From: Sedimentisphaerales bacterium
GTDB taxonomy: Bacteria; Planctomycetota; Phycisphaerae; Sedimentisphaerales; Anaerobacaceae
Direction: 5' to 3'
Assembly (NCBI GenBank): GCA_963708075.1
Contig: OY970194.1
Location: 4,384,001-4,448,000 of the forward strand
Length of the DNA: 64,000 nucleotides
In this document: positions 42,201 to 50,903 of the stretch, piece after piece
Layout of the letters: each line of letters starts with the position of its first letter
How positions within the stretch are numbered: the stretch's first letter is position 1
Program-made: the position numbers and the translations under genes
Notes under the pieces: model-generated
The model's input: the letters and a program-made list of their open reading frames with translations, nothing else
Databases searched by the model: none
What the model was told of the DNA's origin: nothing

Positions 42201-43601
42201 GATGTGAATGTCCGATTCAAGGTACGGCGACTGGACATCCACAGCGTCGGTGGCGTCAATGATGGAATTGGTCACGTAGTAGACGATAGTCCCACTCTTC
42301 ACACCGTACTTGTTGTGCGACTGAATCCCGATGTCCGTATATCCAGCCACTCTGGAAGCGACAATCGTCGAGTGATCGATGTTCACAATGGTGGTCGCGC
42401 CCTCCGTGGCTTTGGCGGCGATTGTAGCCACCGTGGGGTCCTCCGGGGCCGTGTTGTTTTCCACAATCAGGCAGTGATCGAGGGTGGTCTCGCCATTATA
42501 GACACTGACGCCCTTGTCCCGGCATCCGCGGATAATGAAGTCCTGGACCATGACCTTCGAGCCGAGTGTATCGATCCCGTCATCGTGCGTGTCCGCGATG
42601 ACGCCCCGCGACAGGATGCACTTCTGTCCGGCCTGCTGGCTGTGGATGTAGATGGCGTCGGCGTCGTCGTTGGCGTGCATTTCCGTGATCCAGCCGTCCT
42701 CGAAGAGCAGGCCGGTGGATGCAATCTCCGGGCCCATGACCGACCGGGCCAGCAGACAGTGCTGAAAGACCAGGTCGCAGCCGGAGGTGGCGTGCATGAC
42801 CTTGCCCGCATTGTCGGTGAATGAGACGTGGTCGAAGGTGATCTGCGAGCCCTGGGCGCGGATCGCCGGGCCGGAGTTCGAGTGCCCGACCCGTGGCGAG
42901 TGCCCCGCCTGCGCGATATTCGTATAACTGAAGGTGGACGGCTCGGCATCGACGAATCGCAGCTCGCCCCAGTTCTCACCGGGGACGAACGCGGTGATCG
43001 TGATGGGCGAGGCGGCTGTGCCCAGCGCCTGGATCGAGCCATCGATCTGAATATCCGTCCCGTCGGTTCCCGATTTCACGCCGTCGATCAGGACCATTGT
43101 CCCGGGTTCGAGCGTCAGCGTGACGCCGTCCTTAATCGTGAAATCGCCGCCCGCGACATGATAGATGCCGCTCCAAGTTGCCGAGCTATCGAGCGTACCC
43201 GAGACAGCGGTAATTGGCCGGCTGCTCCAGTCCGTCAATAAGGCGGTCGCTTTCAAGTCGTCAACACCTGCCGTCAGTGTGAAATCGCCACTGCCTGTGA
43301 ACGTGACCAGGGCACTTCCCAGACCGTTGTACACAGACACGCGATCCGGCGAGAGACGGACGCCGGGATTGTCCGCGGAGAGTGTCGCGACGGCATCCCA
43401 CTGATCCCGCTGGATCGCCCCGGTGTTATCCCGAAGTTCGACCCGGACCAGGACGGGGACTCCCGGCAGATAGCTGTCGCGAACGACGAGATTGACGCCC
43501 GGATGTTCGGGCCCGGAAGATGCAAGGGTCCAGGCGGGGTCAACGGTATGGATCAGCGCCAGCGCCCACAGGATCGAGCCGATTCTTGCGAGGTATATCA
43601 T
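39231..43601 (-). CDS. Large secreted protein: two parallel beta-helix units + two lamin-tail domains + C-terminal beta-sandwich
   Basis: Signal peptide; duplicated LTLEPGT..G.L.A.G...I.FT..WG modules ending ADPLFV..DY/FHL...SP; LVIDELLA/VRINEWLA LTD starts, PTPGAPN; FDDSAW..DDGAIVYLNG..NVIAVEVHQ. Confidence 0.75.
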   Translation of the reverse strand: MIYLARIGSILWALALIHTVDPAWTLASSGPEHPGVNLVVRDSYLPGVPVLVRVELRDNTGAIQRDQWDAVATLSADNPGVRLSPDRVSVYNGLGSALVTFTGSGDFTLTAGVDDLKATALLTDWSSRPITAVSGTLDSSATWSGIYHVAGGDFTIKDGVTLTLEPGTMVLIDGVKSGTDGTDIQIDGSIQALGTAASPITITAFVPGENWGELRFVDAEPSTFSYTNIAQAGHSPRVGHSNSGPAIRAQGSQITFDHVSFTDNAGKVMHATSGCDLVFQHCLLARSVMGPEIASTGLLFEDGWITEMHANDDADAIYIHSQQAGQKCILSRGVIADTHDDGIDTLGSKVMVQDFIIRGCRDKGVSVYNGETTLDHCLIVENNTAPEDPTVATIAAKATEGATTIVNIDHSTIVASRVAGYTDIGIQSHNKYGVKSGTIVYYVTNSIIDATDAVDVQSPYLESDIHIDYSDVTSEAWPGRGNLRADPLFVDVQNHDYRLQSNSPCVGKAGDGGDLGYFEADVPTPVQGALTQDTIWTVRGSPYLITGEFTVPAGLSLTIQPGTLVYFEPSARMVIRGRLVAEGSENALIRFTRTPGSQGTWGGLQFNGSTAENRIAYALIEYGRTNDGMIGVEKSRLLLEQVTFDHTDLRRIRVSDSWLTVRSCTFTDIFGPEQAPTTDNMSEHIWGAVVNDGQLIVENCVFGKNKGHNDAVDVDGPARPKPPLQILNNLFLGGGDDALDLEGDAHVEGNTFTNFRKDRYNTAARESNVISAGRGRYYVVVRNVFYNCGHVAQVKDGSFMTFVNNTVMDMTDSTFFFGIPELGGTPGKGVYVDSCIFRNAPTLFADFYTNDPKYGTTQMEVHHSIVAAAWQSYGVGNMDADPLFVAPPTDFHLKPMSPAIGTGANGLDMGAYVSAGASIFGEPGEITWRTAATLTVSGAGITHYRYSLNDPNGPWSEERPVGTPIELADLLDGGAYQVYVLGKNSAAVWQTIPNASRPWQVDTSYSRLVIDELLAWNVSAVEREGTHPDLIELHYDGPAPLDLAGMSLTNDAGEPAKFVFPQGAAIESGHHLVLYADANHLGFELDESGGTVLLYDRSGLLIDSVEYGLQLPDLSIGRVGTTSEWHLTTPTLGKENVAHPVGDPAAVRINEWLAKGDAPFTDGFVELFNPQSSPVDLGGCSLTDDPATSQGGGFAPLTFFADRSFPVSTPDDPGLVGQKAAPLPMDGGTIILLDAESREIDKIVYGPQAVGVSQGRSPDASDTIESFALPTPGAPNPFTAPVDKTLIAMDSVWSYEQSGTVLDASWCQPAFDDSAWPTGPGVLYVESATLPGPKNTKLTLGPATYYFRTHFPLDAAPSKVTSLAVTLLIDDGAIVYLNGQEVYRLGMPAGAAKYDTRASRGVGDAVLEGPFEIPADALRQGDNVIAVEVHQNSSTSSDIVFGLTLDATIGGTSAKP

Positions 43602-43682
43602 CCCTTGCTCCGTTCTACAGTCAGCGACATGCTCAAGTCACGCCTCCGCCCATCCATTGCCGGCGGCAACACAGCTTTACCT

Positions 43683-43711
43683 ATTTTACCATTTTATCGG
43701 GGCATACTCAA
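43683..43711 (-). promoter_or_regulatory. Candidate sigma70 promoter
   Basis: TTGAGT-17nt-TAAAAT with TG extended -10, ~80 nt upstream of ATG 43601. Confidence 0.45.
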
Positions 43712-43762
43712 TGCCCTTCAAGCAACAGGACAGACCGAAGGTTGCTGGGAGGATCACGGTCC

Positions 43763-43987
43763 TGTCATTGCGAGGAGTGGGGCGACGAAGCAATCTCAAC
43801 CCTCAGCGTGGGAGATTGCTTCGCTTCGCTCCTAAGAAACCGGCTAGTTGGGTGCCACGTCTACGCTTGCGTAGACATGTTCCACTCGATGGGTAAGGCA
43901 TGCTTACGCGAGCGTAAGCATGGCACCCAAACCATCTCGTTTCTTCCCGACACCAGCCGCGTAGCGGCGCAGGGACTCGCAATGACA
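43763..43987. repeat. Nested palindromic elements
   Basis: Outer TGTCATTGCGAG...CTCGCAATGACA with GAAGCAATCTC/GAGATTGCTTC; inner TTGGGTGCCA...TGGCACCCAA doublet at 43848-43930. Confidence 0.85.
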
Positions 43988-44029
43988 TATCGGGCACTGC
44001 TACGGAACGGCTTTGTGCTTGCTCTGGCG

Positions 44030-45226
44030 TCACTTCTGCATCACAGAAGGCAGGATTCTCAGGTTTCGCTCGATCAGGTCGATGCGCTGCCGGACGCACG
44101 CGGCGGAACGCAGCGGGTCGCGCGGGGTGTTCTTGCAGTAATCGATCAGCTTCTCAACCGTCGTGGAGGCGACGTGGCAACGGGTGTCGCTGGAAGCGTA
44201 GTAGATGAAGACCTGGCCGTTGCCGCGAGCCACCCAGCCGTTGGAGAACGTGACGTTGGAGACATCACCGATTCGCTCTTCACCCTGGGGGGCGAGCAGG
44301 TAACCGCCCGGCTCGTGGATGATCCGGCTGGGGTCGTCGAGGGCCGTCATGAACGCATAGAGGACGTAGCGCAGCCCGGCCGCCGTGTTGCGCACGCCGT
44401 GCGCCAACTGGAGCCAGCCTTCGGCTGTCTTGATCGGCGCGGGGCCGAGGCCATTCTTGACCTCGTTGATCGTGTGGTACTTGCGGTCGTGGACGATCTG
44501 CTCCTCCCCCAGGACGGCGTGCTCGATGTTGTCCGCGAGGGCCCAGCCAATGCCGCCGCCGGAGCCGGTCTCAATGAACCCATCCTGCGGGCGGGTGTAG
44601 AAGGCGTACTTGCCGCCGATGAACTCCGGATGCAGGACGACGTTTCGCTGCTGGGGCGAGCGGGTTTTCAGGTCATCCAGTCGCTGCCAGACTTTGAGGT
44701 CCTTCGTGCGTGCGATGCCGCATTGTGCGACGGCCGAGGACAGGTCGCCGCGCGGGGCCTTGGGGTCCTTGCGTTCCGTACAGAACAGGCCGTAGATCCA
44801 GCCGTCCTGGTGCTGCACGAGACGCATGTCGTACACGTTGATGTCCGGGTCGCTGGTCTCGGGCAGGACCACCGGGTAATCCCAGAAGCGGAATCGGTCG
44901 ACACCGCTCTTGCTTTCGGCGATGGCGAAGAAGCTCTTGCGGTCGACGCCTTCCACGCGGACCGCCAGAAGGATCTTCCCATTGAACTCCATGGCGCCAG
45001 GGTTGAAGGTGGCATTGATGCCCAGCCGCTCCATCAGGTGCGGATTGCTCTCATAGTTCAGGTCGTAGCGCCAGAAGACAGGCGTGTGCTCGGCCGTCAG
45101 CACGGGGTTCTTGTAGCGATCGAATACGCCATTGCCTCCGCCGCTGATCCGGTTGGGCCGGTCGATGAGTGCTTCATACTCCGCGAAAAGCTTTCGCAGC
45201 CGCTCGTTGAATTGCTCATGTGTCAT
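44030..45226 (-). CDS. GH130 4-O-beta-D-mannosyl-D-glucose phosphorylase
   Basis: [82 protein letters not shown]. Confidence 0.92.
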   Translation of the reverse strand: MTHEQFNERLRKLFAEYEALIDRPNRISGGGNGVFDRYKNPVLTAEHTPVFWRYDLNYESNPHLMERLGINATFNPGAMEFNGKILLAVRVEGVDRKSFFAIAESKSGVDRFRFWDYPVVLPETSDPDINVYDMRLVQHQDGWIYGLFCTERKDPKAPRGDLSSAVAQCGIARTKDLKVWQRLDDLKTRSPQQRNVVLHPEFIGGKYAFYTRPQDGFIETGSGGGIGWALADNIEHAVLGEEQIVHDRKYHTINEVKNGLGPAPIKTAEGWLQLAHGVRNTAAGLRYVLYAFMTALDDPSRIIHEPGGYLLAPQGEERIGDVSNVTFSNGWVARGNGQVFIYYASSDTRCHVASTTVEKLIDYCKNTPRDPLRSAACVRQRIDLIERNLRILPSVMQK

Positions 45227-45292
45227 ACAAGGTTCTCCTGGGCCGTTGGGGCCGTGTGCTTCGCATCATGGGACGAATAGGACCTATGGGAC

Positions 45293-46510
45293 TTATGTGA
45301 CTTCGCTCTTGACGCCTCCCGCGCGATAAATGACCTCCAGACAGCAGCGGCCGTTATGATACGGGCATTTCCATTGGGACACTTTGGGTTGCGCCGGCTC
45401 GGGCGTGCCGTCCGGCCGGATGCACCAGAACCATTCGCCGTGCACGTGGTCCACGACTCGATCCTCAATGAACTGCCAGGACCGTACGGCCGCATCGCGG
45501 AACGTCTCATCGCCCGTGAGTTGCCAGGCATTGTAGAAGCCGACGACCGCCTCGGCCTGCGGCCACCACTCCTTGTTCGGGTTGATGATTCTGCCATCGC
45601 GGCCTTCGTAGAACAGGCCGCCGTCGCTATCGAGGCCTTCCTCCAGCACGGCACGGGCCATTCGCACCGCCACGTCGCGCACGTCTGTGAGAAGCAGCTC
45701 GTCGTCCAGCACCTCGGCTGCCTCGCACAGCAGCCAACTGCACTCGACGTCGTGACCAAAGGTGTAGCTGTCCGATTGCGGGGTCCAAGCTCCATCGAAG
45801 AAGTGCTGCAGATGGGTCTGTTCGGCATTGAGGATATGCCACCGGAACAGGTCGATCAGCTCGCGCAGACGCTCCATCAACTGCGGCTGCCGCCACACGC
45901 GCATGAGGTTGGTGTAAGCCTCAAGGATATGCAGGTGGTTGTTCATGGATTTGGTCGCGTTCATGTCTTTGTCGCTCAGCCGCATGTCCTCGCAGGGCTG
46001 CCAATCGCGGGACATGACCTCCAGGTAGCCGCCGTGCTGGGGCTCGCGAGCGTGGGCCTCGATGCGCATGAAAACATCGATGGCTTGCTCCAGAGCCTGC
46101 GGCTCCTTAAACGCGAGGTAGTATTCCACCAGTGCATAGACGCAGAACGCCTGGCCGTAGATCTTCTTCTTGTCGTCGAGCACGGCCCCGCTCGGATCGA
46201 GCTCCCAGAAGTAGCCGCCCTCCTCATCATCGAGGAAATAGTCCGTCAGGTACTCATACGCCCGGCGGGCCAGGGCACGATCCTCTTCGGCTTGCGTGTA
46301 GCACCACGCGGCGGAAAACGTCCAGAGGATGCGGGCGTTGAGGATCAGCCCCTTGGGTGCATCTTCCTGCACGCGGAGGTCATTGGACATTTGGCCGATG
46401 AAGCCGCCGCGGCGCTCGTCCAGCGTGCGCATCCGCCAGAACGGCAGAATATCTTCAAGCAGTTCCCGCCGCACACGAGCGGCGAGTTGGCTGTCACTCA
46501 GCAACGTCAT
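45293..46510 (-). CDS. Cellobiose 2-epimerase (AGE family)
   Basis: KGLILNARILWTFSAA, YGQAF, SMNNHLHILEAYTNL, FGHDVECSWLL, WWPQAE, WKCPYHNGR. Confidence 0.9.
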   Translation of the reverse strand: MTLLSDSQLAARVRRELLEDILPFWRMRTLDERRGGFIGQMSNDLRVQEDAPKGLILNARILWTFSAAWCYTQAEEDRALARRAYEYLTDYFLDDEEGGYFWELDPSGAVLDDKKKIYGQAFCVYALVEYYLAFKEPQALEQAIDVFMRIEAHAREPQHGGYLEVMSRDWQPCEDMRLSDKDMNATKSMNNHLHILEAYTNLMRVWRQPQLMERLRELIDLFRWHILNAEQTHLQHFFDGAWTPQSDSYTFGHDVECSWLLCEAAEVLDDELLLTDVRDVAVRMARAVLEEGLDSDGGLFYEGRDGRIINPNKEWWPQAEAVVGFYNAWQLTGDETFRDAAVRSWQFIEDRVVDHVHGEWFWCIRPDGTPEPAQPKVSQWKCPYHNGRCCLEVIYRAGGVKSEVT

Positions 46511-48362
46511 GATCGATTTCAATCCTCGATAGCTGCGATTCGGACTGGAATTCGACTCTCACGTAGTCGCAGACCGATTTGACCGGGCTTGCGGAACAGA
46601 GCAAGGCTTTCCAGAAGCCGTAGGCATCCTCGCCATAAGTCACCGTGCGGGCCACTGTCATCTCCACAGGTTCGAACATCCGGCCATCCTTCGAGAAAGC
46701 GACGCGGATGCCGGGCTGATCGGAAGGGCTGAACAGGAAGAGTCGCACCATTTGGACGCCGCCCGGTGCGTAGTAGATGACCGCACTCTTGGTCTCGCCG
46801 GACAAGCGGTGGCAATCCTCCTTGACCTTGCGGGCCTGGTTGTCTACGAACTGCAGTTTGCCCTCTTTCGCGAGCATCCGCGAGTCATTCCAGAATTCGT
46901 CCACCAGCGTGCGATGCGTCACGCGCACAGGACCCACCGCGTTCGAGGGTTTGGAGGAGCCGGCGGGACTGTTTGCAGCCACGCGATAGTAATATGTCCT
47001 GCCCGGCCGGGCGGATTCATCGACGAACAGTGGACGATACTGGACCTGCGCTTCCGACACGCCCGTGCCGACGGTTACCCAGGGGCCTTTCGCCGCTTCG
47101 GCTCGCTGCACGTCGTAACAGACGGCTCCCACAGTGCCTTGCCAGGTCATCTGGCCGCCGCCGGTGACGGTGAGTAAGTGCGGCGGTTCCGGCTCCTTGA
47201 GCGGCGGCAGCTTCATGCTCCGAATCGCAAAGGCATTCTCTCGCACGAGTCGCATCAGCCCTCGCTCGTCGTACTGCTCGCCGATCTCAAAGCCGGGCCA
47301 GTGATAGGCCTTGAAGTAGTCGCCGCCGGCGGGCTCGTGGTGCCAGTAGAAGCCGCCGTCGCGGGTCCGGTACCTAAGGCTCCAGAGCAGCGCGCCCGAG
47401 AGCTTTTGATCGCGGACAGTGTCCATGACAGCAGACAGGGCCGCCGTGCTGAGGAAGCCGAATTCGCCGAGGTGATAGGGCTTCTTGCCCTTCGCCATTT
47501 TGGCGCTTTCGACGATGTGGGCGATCATCTGGCGCGCATCCTTTTCATAATGGTGCGTCTGGACAAAGTCGATGCTGGGATCCTCCAGCGAAGACGGCAA
47601 CAGCACCTCGCGATGCGTGCCGTCGAGGACCAGGTGCTGGGAATCGAGGCCCTTGATATATGCGGCGACCTGTTTTGTCCATTCGGGCGGACAGTGCAAC
47701 TCGTTGCCGGTCTCCCAAGCTAAGATCGCCTTATCATCGCGATATCGCACGCCTGTGACGGTGTTCAGCCGATTGACGACGAAGGCAACGATACCTTTGT
47801 AATCCTCGATCACCTGCGGATCGGTCCAGAATTCCTCCGGCTTCTTGCCGCGAAATCCGGCTAACTCGGTCATGCCGCCCCACCAGCTCCACTGGTCGAT
47901 GAATGGGATAATCACGCGCACGTGATGGCGATGGGCCGCCGCGATGACCTGGTCGAGCACGACGAACGCCTCCTCGTTGAACCGGCCCGGCCCCAGGATA
48001 TGCCGCGGCAAGTCCGCCGGGTCGCCCGGCTTCTTCACAGACAGCGCGTACATGCGCACGACCTGCCCGCCCATCTGCTCGATACTCCCGAGGGCGTCGT
48101 CGATCTCGAAGGCATCCGGCAGGCGAAACGGCATGCCCTGCTCGAAACGCATGTCGTCCTCAACGTAGTGCAGGTTGGGGATATTGAACGAGAGGAACCG
48201 GAACTCGCGGTCGCCATCCCTGAGCATATCACCATCGCGGCGCACGAAGTTCTCGAAGCCCTGGCGCGCTGCCTTCGGTTTCGCCCCCGCCACCGCACAT
48301 GTTACGCACACCAGGAGAGCGACACTCGCTACAAACCAAATCGATACGTGATGACGAGACAT
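46494..48362 (-). CDS. GH5-like beta-mannanase with FN3-like C-terminal domain
   Basis: Signal peptide; FNIPNL, ILAWETGNEL (acid/base), HHY, LGEFG (nucleophile), LWSLR; mannan-operon context. Confidence 0.75.
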   Translation of the reverse strand: MSRHHVSIWFVASVALLVCVTCAVAGAKPKAARQGFENFVRRDGDMLRDGDREFRFLSFNIPNLHYVEDDMRFEQGMPFRLPDAFEIDDALGSIEQMGGQVVRMYALSVKKPGDPADLPRHILGPGRFNEEAFVVLDQVIAAAHRHHVRVIIPFIDQWSWWGGMTELAGFRGKKPEEFWTDPQVIEDYKGIVAFVVNRLNTVTGVRYRDDKAILAWETGNELHCPPEWTKQVAAYIKGLDSQHLVLDGTHREVLLPSSLEDPSIDFVQTHHYEKDARQMIAHIVESAKMAKGKKPYHLGEFGFLSTAALSAVMDTVRDQKLSGALLWSLRYRTRDGGFYWHHEPAGGDYFKAYHWPGFEIGEQYDERGLMRLVRENAFAIRSMKLPPLKEPEPPHLLTVTGGGQMTWQGTVGAVCYDVQRAEAAKGPWVTVGTGVSEAQVQYRPLFVDESARPGRTYYYRVAANSPAGSSKPSNAVGPVRVTHRTLVDEFWNDSRMLAKEGKLQFVDNQARKVKEDCHRLSGETKSAVIYYAPGGVQMVRLFLFSPSDQPGIRVAFSKDGRMFEPVEMTVARTVTYGEDAYGFWKALLCSASPVKSVCDYVRVEFQSESQLSRIEIDHDVAE

Positions 48363-48391
48363 AATCCACTCCTATGAAGACCTGGCGTCCA

Positions 48392-48468
48392 CGTAGGGTG
48401 GGTTCTCAACCCACGCGGTCACCCAATGGAAACGGTCTTTAACACGTGGGTTGAGAACCCACCCTACG
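48392..48468. repeat. GTAG-type REP doublet (REPIN-like)
   Basis: Perfect 24-bp inverted arms CGTAGGGTGGGTTCTCAACCCACG; same family as 35507-35580. Confidence 0.9.
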
Positions 48469-48482
48469 ACTACCGCCTGGTA

Positions 48483-50377
48483 TCACTCGGCCACGGCCCT
48501 CAACGTCTTGGGCGAGGGCTCCGGGCTGATCGGCACGACGGCCGGCTCCTTGTCCAGCAGATCGTACCAGTTCTTCTTGAGAATCCAGGAGGTCAGCACG
48601 ATCAGACCGACGACAATCGCCGCCCGCGACCATTTTAAGAGCACGACGAACATCGGCAGCAGGACAAGGCACGTTTGCCAGATCGTGCCGATGACGACGT
48701 TGAACATATCCCGGCTGAAGTTACGGTTCTCCTGGAAATCGGGATACAGGGCGACGACCTTCCTGTGCACGGGTCCCCAGAAGCCCCACGGCCGGACATT
48801 GCGGTAGAAAGCGATCAGCGTCTTTTCATCCGTCGGCTTCGTCGCGTAGGTGCCGATGATACAGCCGGCGAGCGACAACGCGAACAGCAACGGGAAATAG
48901 TGCAGCGGCAGGGTCTGAGGGAACACCTTCGGGAAGATCAGTGCGGGGACTATGCCGGCGACCATGCCCCAGAAATACCCGTGGCCGTTGAATCGCCACC
49001 AGTACCACTTGAGCATGTTGGCGGCCACGTACCCGCCGTAGAGACCCGAGACGATCCACTGCAGGAGCTTGTCCACCGTCTTGGCGTCCTTGGCGAACAT
49101 CCCGAGCAAGATCGATGCGATTACAATGACTATCCCCGCGGCGTAGCTCATGAATCTCACTTCGTCGTGGCCGGCGCGGGGCCGAAGGTACTTGATGTAG
49201 AAGTCGTTCATGATGTACGCCTGCGCGGCATTCAGCGTGCCGGCGAATGTGCCCAGGAACGCCGCCAGCAGTCCGGCCAGAAGGCAGCCCATCACTCCCA
49301 CGGGCACAAACTGGTTCATCGCCGCAGGCAGGACCTGCTCGAAATCGATCTTGCCCGCCACCGTCAGGTCGAGCTGCTTGTAGTACAGGATGCCCAGGAC
49401 GGCAAACCCTGTCACCATCAGGTAGCGGACGGGCATGAGCACGATGGAGACAAAGCCGCTCATCAGGGCCGCCTCCCGCGGATTGCGGGTCGCCAGGATC
49501 TTTTGCATGTCGTAGTTGGGCGCCGGTCCTGCGGCGCTGGCCATCACCCCCTTGAAGAGCATCAGCATCATGATGATGCTGAACCATGAGAACTGGTCTT
49601 CCGTGATCTTGCTGTTGACCTCCGCAATGACGCTGGTCCAGTCTATGCCCAGTTTCCAGCCGAAGAACGGGCTGAACCACCCATCGGGCACGTTCAGGGC
49701 ATGGCTCGAAATGTTGGACATGGCGATGCCCGCCACCACGATCGCGGAGATGGTCATGATCGCGTACTGAAGGATATCGGCCAGCACGAGGCTGGTCATG
49801 CCGCCCAGAACCGTGTAGATGATCGCCGCCAGCGTGAATACAATGCCGTAGAGATGAGGGACATACTTGGCGGGCACCTCGAAGGGCACGTAGGGTGAGA
49901 CGACCTCCCAGGGAATGAATACTTCCATGAACTTGCCCAGGCCGACAAAGCCGTAGACCATGAATCCCAGGCAGCCGATAATCGCGAAGATCACGACGAT
50001 GGCATGGGACAATTGCGCCCGGCCCCTTGGCCGAACCGGGTGCCGATCCACTGGGCGCCGGTGGTGACGTTCGACCGGCGCAGCCAGGCGGACAGGAAGA
50101 TCATCAGGAAGATCTGGTTGAACGTCGGCCACAGCCACGGCAGCCAGACGCTCTTGAGGCCGTAGACGAACATGATCGTCACCAGCCACATGGTGCCGGA
50201 GATGTCGAACATGCCCGAGGCGTTCGACAGGCCCAGCAGGTACCAGGGCAGCTCCTTGCCGCCGAGCAGATACGAGTTCAGGTTCTTCGACGCCCGCCGG
50301 CTCAGGAACACGCCGATCAGGCTGACGCTCAGCAGGTACCCCAGGACAATGATGATGTCGACGGCATGCAGTTTCAT
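48483..50377 (-). CDS. Sodium:solute symporter family transporter (frameshift ~50020)
   Basis: DIIIVLGYL..YLLGGKELPW..GLSNASGMFDISG, TRFG, YTVLGG...DILQY, GLLAAF; split across ORFs 49991..50383 and 48483..50189. Confidence 0.85.
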
Positions 50378-50536
50378 GCGCAAATCCTCAAGGATAGTTG
50401 GTTCTCAGTCCGTTAGCGACAACCGTCCTTCTTACCAACGACTGATCCGTAAGGGATACCCGTTTTATCCCCCGCCGTCAATGACTCCACCAAACCGAAA
50501 CGCGAGCCTCATTCGAAACTGGATGACACTCCTGGC

Positions 50537-50790
50537 GGGTGGCACCGCCAGACTCGTTGGCAACGTCCCGAATTATCAAATTTCGGGTGGCAGCGTCAAG
50601 CGCAGCTTGGCGATGGTTTGCCCATTCGCCATCGCCAAGGCCTTCGGCCTTGACGCTGCCACCCGTTTGCGCAGCACGTCTCCGCCCAATCTCAACAACT
50701 TGGGACTGAGCCAACTCGTTTGACGGTGCTGTTTGGATTGGGCCGGTCCATCCGAGGCGCCACGGGCAAACGAGTTTGCCCGTGCCACCC
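50537..50790. repeat. Nested GGGTGGCA...TGCCACCC palindromic elements
   Basis: Outer GGGTGGCAC/GTGCCACCC; inner perfect 17-bp arms CGGGTGGCAGCGTCAAG (50584-50600) and 50649-50665. Confidence 0.8.
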
Positions 50791-50842
50791 AGACACTTGG
50801 GGCCTGCAAAAGACTCAGGCATGAACGCTGTGAGGGACAATG

Positions 50843-50875
50843 AAAAGGGGCCCGGCTCTTTGGGAGACGGGCCCC
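50843..50875 (-). terminator. Rho-independent terminator of paralog D
   Basis: GGGGCCCG..CGGGCCCC hairpin followed by TTTT, ~30 nt after the stop at 50904. Confidence 0.65.
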
Positions 50876-50903
50876 GAGATCTGCGGTAGTGAATGAGCTG
50901 GGA

